Positions 6,003-14,579 of a stretch of 14,587 bases of DNA are shown here, piece by piece; positions within the stretch are counted from its first letter, which is position 1, and every line of letters begins with the position of its first letter. The notes under the pieces are model-generated. The model was not told where the DNA came from. It ran no database searches and saw nothing but the letters and a program-made list of their open reading frames with translations. The translations under genes were made by a program, and so were the position numbers. This DNA comes from Candidatus Muiribacteriota bacterium (GTDB taxonomy: Bacteria > Muiribacteriota > Muiribacteriia > Muiribacteriales > Muiribacteriaceae). Where the stretch lies: positions 1 to 14,587 of the forward strand of contig JBNJGP010000070.1 in the NCBI GenBank assembly GCA_051747805.1, written 5' to 3'.

Positions 6003-9000
6003 TCAAAGACCATTTACTTTGTAAATTTTTTCTATAGCCTGTTCTGCTGATTCTCTTACCGCTTTATATTGGTCATATTTTGCATTTTTAAGTTTTGGAA
6101 GCGCCCTCACATCACCAATTTTACCAAGAGCCACTGCCGCCTGCTCTCTTACCTGTTTAATTCTATCATGTAAAAGTTCTATTACTTCTTCAACCGCATT
6201 ATCAGCTTTTAGCTCACCAAGAACAAAAGCTGAATTTTGTCTGGTATACTTATTTCTGTCAGAAAGTTTTTTAATTAGCGGTCTCACTGCTTCCTTCAGC
6301 TGCAGTTTTGATAAAATAACTGCACTATTCATTCTAACAATATCATCATCATCTTTTAATGCATTTATAAGCGGATTTACAGACTTTACTCCAAAACTTT
6401 TAAACGTTTCAAAAACCTGATTTTTAACCCATACATTTGAATCAGAAAAAGCCAGACACAGAGGTTCAATTGCCGCAGGATTTCCAATTTTACCAAGAGC
6501 CTCCACCGCAGCTTCTCTAACAGATGAATTATTATCTGTCAACGCTTTAATCACGCTGTCTGTAGCCCTATCATCCTTTAAATCACCAAGTTTCTGAATA
6601 ATTTGTTTTCTTACATTTCCAGAAGGGTCTTTTAAGTTAGTAATGAAAATATTTAAAATTCGAGTATCTTCGATTTTTGCAAGAGCTTTAACAGTTTCGC
6701 ATCTAACCTCTTCCTTAGCATCTCTCATAACCTGAGCAAGAGGGTCAACGGCCCTTGGGTCACCAAGCTCCCCTAAAGTCTGAACAATCGTAGTTCTTAC
6801 TTTTTCGTTATGATCCTTTAATACTTTAGTTAAAGGCTCTACGGCCATACCAGATCCAATTTTACCCAAAGCCTCTACAGTATTTTCTCTTATAATCTCA
6901 TCAGAATCTCTAAGTTGCTTAACAAGAGGTTCAATTGCCTGCACGTCTCTGAACTCGCCTAATGCATAAATAATACCGGCTGTATTATTATCTCCCGCCA
7001 TTAATTTATCAATTAAAATCCTTATGATTTTTCTATCATTAATTTTAACCAGTGAGTTGGTGATATCTTGATAATGAACTCCACATTCTATATCAGAAAT
7101 CAAATCAGCCAGCACTTCAATAGCTTTTGCATTGCCGAGTTCTCCTAAAGCAACAACGCACCAGTGTCTTAATTCATTATCATTTATTTTTAATAATTGA
7201 ATAATTTCTTCTACAACATCGGCGTCTCCAAATTTACCAATAAGCTCGACCACATTTTTTCTCAAAGTTCTTAAAGCTTCTCTTGTTAATTGAACAATTT
7301 CTTCCGCCCCAAGACTCATAACAGCCTTAAAATCTTCCTGCCCCATAGTATCTTTGAGAATAGAGAGAAGTAATGTATTAACTTCCTTTATTTTAAGCTC
7401 CCCAAATGTTTTGGCTATTTCAAATCTTATCCATGCATAAGATTCTTTAACAGCTGGTACAAGAAAATCTTGCCTCATTACTATTTTATCTATTTCAAAA
7501 AGAGATTTTACTATTGAACTCATTATAAAATCAGAAGATGTTTTAACAATTTTTATAAGCGGAAAAACAGCCCTAACATCTCCTATTTTTCCAAGAATTC
7601 TAACTATTTTGTTAAGAACCCTCTCATCTTTTACCCCAAGTGATTCAATAAGAGGTTCAACCGAGTATTTTCCAATATTAATAAGAGATTCAAGTGAATT
7701 TTCAGAAACTTCTTCTGCCTCGTCATAAAGCATTTCAATAAGATTAGGTATCGCTTTTGGGTTTTTTATTTTACCCAGTCCATAAGCAACTTCTTTTCTG
7801 ACCTCATCGTTAGGATCCTCTATTATTTCCATTAATGCTTCCACGCATAATTCATTTCCAATTTCACCTAAAGCCCACACAATATTTTTCCTTATATCCT
7901 CATTTTTATCATCTATCATAGATATAAGAGGTTCGGCCGTTTCATCTGCCCTGATTTTACCAAGTGCTTTTACTGACTCAATTCTCAGGTCATCCTGAGC
8001 ACTTTCCTTTGCCACATTCAGAAGCGGTTTTATAGAAGTAAGCGAACCGATTTCACCAAGTGCCCTGATAGTATTTTTTCTAACTTCGATATTAGGGTCT
8101 TTCAATGCATCAATAAGGTTATCTACAGCAATTGACTGTTTAAGTTTTCCCAGAGCTTCAGCGGCAAGAGAACGAATATTCTCATTCATATCTTTAAGCA
8201 GAGCAATTAACGGCGAAACTGCCATTGAATCATTTATCTCACCCAGAGCCCATATAGCCTCTAACCTGACAAAATCACTAGAATCCGCCAGAAGCGAAAT
8301 CAAAGATTCTGAAGCTTTTTCAGATTTAAGCTTACCAAGAGAATAGGCAGCCATTTTTCTAACATCATCACTCATGTCATTTAAAGCTTTAATAAGCTGT
8401 TTTTCGGCTTTAACATCCTCTATTTCTGATAGTGCCTTAGCAGCAATATATCTAATATCTTCGTTATTATCATTTAAAAGCGAAAGAAGAGATTTAGTTC
8501 CTTTTTTAGATTTTATTTTACCCAGAGATTCTGAAGCAATGTAAATTAAATCCTCGTTGGCATTTTCAAGAGCCTGGATAAGAATATCGGCAGCCTTTTC
8601 ATCGCCTATTTCACCTAAACTTTTAATTGTGAGATAACAAATATCTTCATCTGGTTCAACCGCCAGAAGATTAATTAAGGGGTCAACCGCTTTTTTATCT
8701 GCAATTTTCCCAAGAGTATCTACAGTTATTTCTTTTAAATCCTTACTAGCCTCCTTAAGTAAACCGCCTAGTTCTTCAACTGCCTCATGTGCCTTTAGCT
8801 CGCCCAGCTGCTCAATTATACTGAATTTTTCATCTTCCCCGGGAGCTTTTTTGAGCTTTTCTATAAGTTTTCTAATCTTTTTCTCACGATTCTGATTTTT
8901 TTTCTCTTCTTCTATTTCAGGAGTTAATATATGAACCTTTTCTTCTGTTTCTTGCTCGTCTATGTTTTTCTCATCTTTTTTTATTCTGGATTTTATTCTC

Positions 9001-10172
9001 TGAAGAAGAGGAACGTCTTTTTCATCAAGCTCACCCGAATCATAACTTTCTGCTGTTTTTATATCATCCTGGTTTTTTTCCTTATCTGGTACAGGTTCAA
9101 AACTTTTATCAAAATCATCATAGCCATCTTCTTTATTTTCAGGGGTTTGATTATTATAATTAAATTCTTCTTCTAAATTATCTTTTTCTTGTACTTCCTG
9201 TTCGAATGAGTCTTGAGAATCGGAATTTTTTAAAGAAGTATCAAAATCACCAAAAGCATCATTTTCTATATTATAATCTTCATTGTTTTCACTTTCAGTT
9301 TTTTTAACAGGCTCTTTTTTAAATTCTTCCTGCCCTTCAGGAATTAATCGAGGCGGCAGCAGGTCTTCATACTCATCATCATAGTGCTTTTCTTCACTTG
9401 AAGCTTTTTTCTTTTGAGAGGAATCTTTAGTATTTTTCTGTGGAATCTCTTCTTTTTCTTCTGATAAATCTGCCTCCATATCACTAAAATCAATATTATT
9501 ATTTTTATTGTTTATTTCATCTGAATCATCTTTTAATAAATTATTAATCTGCTCATCTGAAATTTCTTCAGAGCCATCACCCTGATTAAGTTCCTGTTCA
9601 AGTTCGCTGCTGAAAGAATCTGCAAAATCATTAAAGCTTTCAACACTTTCACTTTTTTGACCCTCTTCTTTAAAGGTGTCATCTTTTTCAGCATTATCCT
9701 CTTCCTTAAAAAAGGAATCAAGGTCAACATCATTATCATCCATTTGAATTTCTAAACTATCATCATCATCTGTTTCTATATTCCCTTCTTTTTCTTTTAC
9801 AGCAGGCTCAGAATCACTGTTAACTTCTTCTTCTAAAAGCTCATTAAATATTTTATCGTCTTCTTCTGAAGCAGAGGGAGTCATCATTTCTTCTTTATTA
9901 ATATCTTCGACTTCATCATTTTTTTCTTCATCACCGCTGAGCTCTGAAAAAAAATCATCATCGCTGAATAAATTATCAAGCTCATCAGAGTCAGAAGAAT
10001 TAGAATTCACAGAGGAATCACTTTTATCTTTTTTGTCAGAAGAAACTATTTCATCAAGATTTATATCAAAATCAAAATCCAGCTCATCATTATCATTACT
10101 AATTTCAGCTCCACAATCAACACAAAATTTATCACTGTCTTTATTTTCTTTTCCGCATTTCTGACATTTCAT
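6003..10172 (-). CDS. Zinc-ribbon + acidic disordered region + HEAT-like (PBS-lyase type) repeat protein
   Basis: N-terminal CQKC-x10-CVDCG. About aa 25-430 are D/E-rich. About aa 433-1389 hold 30 repeats (manual count) of ~31 aa, consensus V.PLI.LL.D....VR..A..ALG(E/K)IG...A. SD GGAGG at 10182-10186. Confidence 0.92.
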   Translation of the reverse strand: MKCQKCGKENKDSDKFCVDCGAEISNDNDELDFDFDINLDEIVSSDKKDKSDSSVNSNSSDSDELDNLFSDDDFFSELSGDEEKNDEVEDINKEEMMTPSASEEDDKIFNELLEEEVNSDSEPAVKEKEGNIETDDDDSLEIQMDDNDVDLDSFFKEEDNAEKDDTFKEEGQKSESVESFNDFADSFSSELEQELNQGDGSEEISDEQINNLLKDDSDEINNKNNNIDFSDMEADLSEEKEEIPQKNTKDSSQKKKASSEEKHYDDEYEDLLPPRLIPEGQEEFKKEPVKKTESENNEDYNIENDAFGDFDTSLKNSDSQDSFEQEVQEKDNLEEEFNYNNQTPENKEDGYDDFDKSFEPVPDKEKNQDDIKTAESYDSGELDEKDVPLLQRIKSRIKKDEKNIDEQETEEKVHILTPEIEEEKKNQNREKKIRKLIEKLKKAPGEDEKFSIIEQLGELKAHEAVEELGGLLKEASKDLKEITVDTLGKIADKKAVDPLINLLAVEPDEDICYLTIKSLGEIGDEKAADILIQALENANEDLIYIASESLGKIKSKKGTKSLLSLLNDNNEDIRYIAAKALSEIEDVKAEKQLIKALNDMSDDVRKMAAYSLGKLKSEKASESLISLLADSSDFVRLEAIWALGEINDSMAVSPLIALLKDMNENIRSLAAEALGKLKQSIAVDNLIDALKDPNIEVRKNTIRALGEIGSLTSIKPLLNVAKESAQDDLRIESVKALGKIRADETAEPLISMIDDKNEDIRKNIVWALGEIGNELCVEALMEIIEDPNDEVRKEVAYGLGKIKNPKAIPNLIEMLYDEAEEVSENSLESLINIGKYSVEPLIESLGVKDERVLNKIVRILGKIGDVRAVFPLIKIVKTSSDFIMSSIVKSLFEIDKIVMRQDFLVPAVKESYAWIRFEIAKTFGELKIKEVNTLLLSILKDTMGQEDFKAVMSLGAEEIVQLTREALRTLRKNVVELIGKFGDADVVEEIIQLLKINDNELRHWCVVALGELGNAKAIEVLADLISDIECGVHYQDITNSLVKINDRKIIRILIDKLMAGDNNTAGIIYALGEFRDVQAIEPLVKQLRDSDEIIRENTVEALGKIGSGMAVEPLTKVLKDHNEKVRTTIVQTLGELGDPRAVDPLAQVMRDAKEEVRCETVKALAKIEDTRILNIFITNLKDPSGNVRKQIIQKLGDLKDDRATDSVIKALTDNNSSVREAAVEALGKIGNPAAIEPLCLAFSDSNVWVKNQVFETFKSFGVKSVNPLINALKDDDDIVRMNSAVILSKLQLKEAVRPLIKKLSDRNKYTRQNSAFVLGELKADNAVEEVIELLHDRIKQVREQAAVALGKIGDVRALPKLKNAKYDQYKAVRESAEQAIEKIYKVNGL
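6006..8876 (-). repeat. Array of 30 HEAT-like protein repeats (~93-bp period, diverged at DNA level)
   Basis: Manual alignment of the translation from IRKLIEKLKK to AIEKIYK. Confidence 0.88.
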
Positions 10173-11907
10173 TTAAGTTGTCCTCCCTCCCCATAAATTC
10201 ATCAAACTTTTCATTTAAATATTTTTTAATTTCAAAATTGCAGTACATACCAAAAACTTCTTTAATTATCTTATTACAGTCATCGGCAGAAATTTTTTTC
10301 AGCAATAATTTGATTTTAGGTACTGCAGACGGAATCATTGAGAATCTGTATATTCCCAAACCAATAAATACCGGCAGACATCTAGGATCGGCCGCAATTT
10401 CGCCGCATATATGAACGGGTTTATCGGATTTTTTGCACTTATTACTAATAAATCTGATGGCCTCAAACAGCGATCGGTTATACCATGAGTAAAGATCTGA
10501 AATTCTATAGTTCAGTCTATCAACCGCTAAAAGAAACTGTAAAAGATCATTTGTTCCAATACTGAAAAAATCAACTTCTTTAATAAAATAATCCATATAT
10601 AAAACGGCAGACGGAACTTCAATCAATACCCCGTGTGAAATATTTTCGTTAAAGCGCTTTTTTTCTTTTCGAAGTTCTTGCTTAACCTCTTTTATAATTT
10701 TTTTTATCTCCTCATACTGATCCGGCAGCGAAATCATAGGAAAAAGAACTTGAATTTTTCCATCTACTCCGGCCCTGTAAATTGCTTTAAGCTGGGCTTT
10801 AAATAAATCTTTTCTATCAAGCGAAATTCTAATTCCCCGCCACCCAAGAAACGGGTTATTTTCCTTTCTAACATCATTAATTCCCTTTATATACTTATCT
10901 CCTCCGATATCTAATGTTCTTATAACAATAGAACCGCCCTCAAGATTCCTGGCCAGATAGGAGTAACTTTCATACTGTTCCTCTTCTGAGGGAGTTTGAG
11001 AATGATTCATAAACATAAATTCAGTTCTATAAAGTCCTACGTCGTTTATCCCATATTGTTTAATTTTATTTGCTTCAGAAACCAACTGTATATTAGCTGA
11101 TATATGTATTTTTGTACCATCAGTCAACTTATTATCAGATAATGCAAATTTTTTATTCCTGGCTATATCGTTTTTATAGTTACGACGCATTTTAATAAAA
11201 TCTGAAATTTCATTTCCGGTTAATTTAATGCTTACTTCCTCAGAATTTGAATTTATAACCATGAGCTCATTTTCTTTAACAGCATCTGTAATATTTTTAC
11301 AACCGGAAACAGCAGGTATTTCAAGAGCACGACAGAAAATCGCCACATGCGAATCACGTCCTCCTTTTTCTGTAACAATACCAGCAACACCCTGTTCTTC
11401 AAGCTTCAAAAGTTGTGATGGGGTTAATTCTTCGGTAACAATGATAATACCAGATAATTCTTCAAGTTCTTCTTCGCTCACGTTCTTAAGTCTTTTAATT
11501 ATTCTATTGCCAACATCCTTTATATCAGTTACTTTCTCCTTGATAATTTTAGATTTTGAGCTGGATAATTTTTTTGAAAGTTCTTCAACCACCTCTTTTA
11601 CAATCCACTCAGAATTTTTTTTATATCTTTTTATTCTATCATATATTTCTTTATAAAATTTAGGGTCTTCAAGTATCTGTAAATGTGCTCTGAAAACCTC
11701 TGAATCTAATTTTTTATCATCAGATTCAGTAATTGAATTAATAATTTCCTTAATTTCTGCTTTAACCTGAACTACAGATTTTTTATATCTTTCTAATTCA
11801 TCAGCAATATTATTAATAGAATATTTTTCTATTGATATATTCTCCTTAATTTTACGGCATTTACCAATTGCAACACCTTCAGAAATAGATATACCCTTAA
11901 AAATCAA
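10141..11907 (-). CDS. ptsI: PTS Enzyme I (phosphoenolpyruvate-protein phosphotransferase)
   Basis: 588 aa, TTG start with GAGGAG SD inside the end of ptsH. Phospho-His motif TEKGGRDSHVAI, VGLYRTEF, IRTLDIGGDK, ENNPFLGWRGIR, DFFSIGTNDL-Q, catalytic Cys in ICGE. No N-terminal GAF domain, so not PtsP-type. Confidence 0.96.
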   Translation of the reverse strand: MIFKGISISEGVAIGKCRKIKENISIEKYSINNIADELERYKKSVVQVKAEIKEIINSITESDDKKLDSEVFRAHLQILEDPKFYKEIYDRIKRYKKNSEWIVKEVVEELSKKLSSSKSKIIKEKVTDIKDVGNRIIKRLKNVSEEELEELSGIIIVTEELTPSQLLKLEEQGVAGIVTEKGGRDSHVAIFCRALEIPAVSGCKNITDAVKENELMVINSNSEEVSIKLTGNEISDFIKMRRNYKNDIARNKKFALSDNKLTDGTKIHISANIQLVSEANKIKQYGINDVGLYRTEFMFMNHSQTPSEEEQYESYSYLARNLEGGSIVIRTLDIGGDKYIKGINDVRKENNPFLGWRGIRISLDRKDLFKAQLKAIYRAGVDGKIQVLFPMISLPDQYEEIKKIIKEVKQELRKEKKRFNENISHGVLIEVPSAVLYMDYFIKEVDFFSIGTNDLLQFLLAVDRLNYRISDLYSWYNRSLFEAIRFISNKCKKSDKPVHICGEIAADPRCLPVFIGLGIYRFSMIPSAVPKIKLLLKKISADDCNKIIKEVFGMYCNFEIKKYLNEKFDEFMGREDNLNEMSEMRKRK

Positions 11908-11912
11908 CGAAT

Positions 11913-12185
11913 TTACTCCTCACCAAATTTATTTTCAAAAAGCCCGGCTATTTTATCCACAACCTCTGTTTCTTTTTCACAATCCTGGGCTGTAATTTCA
12001 AGTTCTGTTCCCTTTTCAGCAGCAAGCATCATTATACTTAAAATACTTTTAGCGTCTGCCTTCATACCATCTTTTTTAACAAGCTTTATCTCCCCATTAT
12101 ACTTTGAGGCCGTATCTACAATCATAGAGGCTGGTCTGGCATGAATTCCCAGCTCATTTTTTATTACAATTTTCTTTGAGTACAT
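11913..12185 (-). CDS. ptsH: Phosphocarrier protein HPr
   Basis: 90 aa with NELGIHARPA (His15) and ADAKSILSIMML (Ser46 equivalent, here S47). Confidence 0.96.
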   Translation of the reverse strand: MYSKKIVIKNELGIHARPASMIVDTASKYNGEIKLVKKDGMKADAKSILSIMMLAAEKGTELEITAQDCEKETEVVDKIAGLFENKFGEE

Positions 12186-12188
12186 ACT

Positions 12189-14321
12189 TTATTTATTATC
12201 TTCCCTGAAAGATTTTTTTATTGTAAATTTATAGTCCTCGCCTAAGGCAAGGTTTATATGCTGATTTATACAAACAACTGTTGACTGATAAATTTTTTCG
12301 AAACCACCCTCAGATATTGAAACTGTCTCAAGAGGAACTGTCCAGAAATCACCGCCTGAATCAATACTCAACTCATAGGCGCATTTCATAAAATCATCCT
12401 TAAGGCCTATCATATCTGCATCTTTAATATTATTAACTGAATCCATATAATGATTATGCAGTTTCCCTTTTTCATTATATAAGTACCGGTCCTGAGAATG
12501 CCCTCCAAGCATTGAAAAAACAAACTCAACACCGTGCCACAAACAAAGCTCTTTATTTGATAAATTTTTAATATAATAATCTATATATATTTCAGATTTC
12601 TTTAAATAGACAGATTTTTTTAAATAAACAGGCTCAAAAACCCCATTAACCCAAACGTTTCCCTTTCTTGAAAATTCTATCGTAGTTGTTCCCTGTTTCA
12701 ATAATTTTATATTATAATCCCACGGCTCAATAACAAAATCTCCCTGTTCGCCATACATAAGAGAAACAAAAGACTCTGGATTAGTATCTGGATGGAAAAA
12801 ATGATCAATAAGAGAATGACGTTTGTACCAGTCGTAGTTTAGCACTCTGTCAAGATTATCCTCTTTAACAACAATTTTATCTTCAGTATCTGTTGCGTCT
12901 GAAGTAACTTTACCCTCTTTAATCATATCAATAAGTTTTTGATGATAAACTTCTTTTCTTCTTGTGAGGCTATTTGTAATATTTGTATTAACAGGTTTTA
13001 CATCGGCTTCCCATATTGAGGCACCATAATTTATATCAAAATAAAGGTTGAAAATTTCATTAGACATAACAAGCTCACGATTTCCATCAAAATTAATATC
13101 TTTTTCAGAAATTTTTATCTTGCTTCTGGAAGTATTTGAACTTTCGGTTAACTTTTCAGCTTTTATTAAATTTTCATATACAGCATGCCTTAAATGAGGT
13201 AGATATAATCCGCCAAAAACTCCGTGCCAGTATGCACAGTTACACTGTCCAGCCATAAGGTGAGCAAGAGCCTGATTTTTTTTCTTACCCTCTTTCATGG
13301 AGCGAACTTTTTCATGTACATAAAGCATTTTTTTATGCATATTATTAGACTCAGAATATTTTGCAAGAAAATTTCTAAAATAACCTGATTTCAGGTGGTT
13401 CTCACATCTTTTTAAAAGATTAGATTTTTTTAAATCCTGTTTTATTTTTTCTTTTTCTCTCCTCATCTGAACAGGAAGAGCCCAGTCCATCATTTCATTA
13501 TAACTTGCATTATCCAGATAAATAATACCATTTGATTTAAATTTACTGAGATATTCAGAATAAGTATGCATACGTATCCAGGAGGAATTATCAGTTAAAA
13601 TTTTATAAAATTTTTCCATCCATTTTTCTTCGTAAACGGATTTATAAGTACCCGGCCAGTCTCCAAATTTCTCGCCGTCATCAGCCATAGTAAGCATTGC
13701 CTTTTCTTTTTCTGATGATTTTTGTTTTAAATATTCTAATACTTTTTCATGGGTATCAAAAGGAATTAAATACCTGGATTTTTTATCTATAGGGATAAGC
13801 TTTAAAAAATTCCCCTGATCCTCGGTGGTAAAATAACCGTCAAGATTTTCTGCCGGTACTCCGGAATTAATAAAATGAGAATCATCCAGCACAACATATT
13901 CAACCCCGGCTTCAACAAGAGAACCTACAAGACCCTGCTCCCAAACTCTCTCTGCAAGCCATAAACCGGTGGGAATATAATTGAATTTTTCCTTTATATA
14001 ATTTGTAAGCTTTGTAATCTGATAAATCCGATCCTGATTAGGTATAAGGGGCATAACAGGTTCATAAAATCCGCCCGTAAGCAGTTCAACCTGCCCTCGC
14101 TTTACAAGCTCTGAAATAATATCAAAAAATTCAGGATTATTTTTTTCAATCCATTCAAATAAAATTCCTGTAAAATGCAGATTCATTTTTATATCAGGAA
14201 ATTTTAAAAGAGTCTGGAGAAAAGGCCTGTAAGAATGCTCAAATGCATGTTGAAAAACAAAGTCAAAATTACCTACAGGTTGATGATTATGTATTCCCAT
14301 TAAAAAATTTAATTTTTTCAT
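12189..14321 (-). CDS. GH57 alpha-amylase / 4-alpha-glucanotransferase (AmyA-like, with C-terminal DUF1925/DUF1926-type regions)
   Basis: 710 aa with HNHQPVGN, GGFYEP, WLAERVWE (E124, nucleophile position), DDGEKFG-WPGT (D215, acid/base position), SY-EMMDWAL, QCNCAYWHGVFGGLYLPHLR, ETVSISEGGFEKIYQS. Confidence 0.93.
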   Translation of the reverse strand: MKKLNFLMGIHNHQPVGNFDFVFQHAFEHSYRPFLQTLLKFPDIKMNLHFTGILFEWIEKNNPEFFDIISELVKRGQVELLTGGFYEPVMPLIPNQDRIYQITKLTNYIKEKFNYIPTGLWLAERVWEQGLVGSLVEAGVEYVVLDDSHFINSGVPAENLDGYFTTEDQGNFLKLIPIDKKSRYLIPFDTHEKVLEYLKQKSSEKEKAMLTMADDGEKFGDWPGTYKSVYEEKWMEKFYKILTDNSSWIRMHTYSEYLSKFKSNGIIYLDNASYNEMMDWALPVQMRREKEKIKQDLKKSNLLKRCENHLKSGYFRNFLAKYSESNNMHKKMLYVHEKVRSMKEGKKKNQALAHLMAGQCNCAYWHGVFGGLYLPHLRHAVYENLIKAEKLTESSNTSRSKIKISEKDINFDGNRELVMSNEIFNLYFDINYGASIWEADVKPVNTNITNSLTRRKEVYHQKLIDMIKEGKVTSDATDTEDKIVVKEDNLDRVLNYDWYKRHSLIDHFFHPDTNPESFVSLMYGEQGDFVIEPWDYNIKLLKQGTTTIEFSRKGNVWVNGVFEPVYLKKSVYLKKSEIYIDYYIKNLSNKELCLWHGVEFVFSMLGGHSQDRYLYNEKGKLHNHYMDSVNNIKDADMIGLKDDFMKCAYELSIDSGGDFWTVPLETVSISEGGFEKIYQSTVVCINQHINLALGEDYKFTIKKSFREDNK

Positions 14322-14382
14322 ATATTACACCCTTTATATTTTTGTTCTATTGGTTTTTAATTTCATTTAATCTCAAATTTGT

Positions 14383-14411
14383 ATTATACAATATAGTAGA
14401 GAAATAAACAA
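14383..14411 (-). promoter_or_regulatory. sigma70-type promoter for the minus-strand operon
   Basis: TTGTTT (14411-14406) - 17 nt - TATAAT (14388-14383), 61 nt upstream of the GH57 ATG. Confidence 0.7.
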
Positions 14412-14502
14412 ATGAAAAAAATATTATAAGTGAGAAGTAAGAAGTGAAAAAGCAATGAGAGCAAAAAGGTGCAGATAAAAGCTGAAGATTAAAATTTATT
14501 AC

Positions 14503-14579
14503 GAAACAAAATAAAGCGAGTGGTCAGGCCGACCTCTGCAAGCTTAAATTTGAGCTCGGCACAGACCCCGTTCTGTTTC
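14503..14579. other. GC-rich imperfect inverted repeat / structured non-coding element of unknown identity
   Basis: Nested complementary arms on +: GAAACAAAA 14503-14511 / TTCTGTTTC 14571-14579; GGTC 14522-14525 / GACC 14564-14567; GCCGA 14528-14532 / TCGGC 14556-14560; CTC 14534-14536 / GAG 14552-14554. Positions 14516-14570 are 33/55 G+C in an AT-rich window. Confidence 0.5.

Noticed and set aside
2756..6005. Alternative genetic code (TGA recoding) suggested by the low GC
   Set aside because: TGA ends trpS and cobO at family-typical lengths and also ends the HEAT gene. The long ORFs contain no internal TGA.
6003..10172. Phycobilin lyase or NACHT/STAND-type defence protein call for the HEAT gene
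   Set aside because: No phycobiliprotein context and no P-loop NTPase or effector domain; only the repeat type is shared.
8931..11656. ORFs 8931-9176 (+), 9533-9739 (-), 10178-10414 (+), 11228-11656 (+)
   Set aside because: Nested in the HEAT gene or ptsI as shadow frames, with no independent evidence.
14516..14570. Resemblance to SRP RNA (GGTCAGG.CCG) or tRNA-Cys (GAGTGGTCAGGC...CTGCAA)
   Set aside because: No GNRA tetraloop or AGCAG for SRP domain IV. No anticodon stem, T-loop or acceptor stem for a tRNA.
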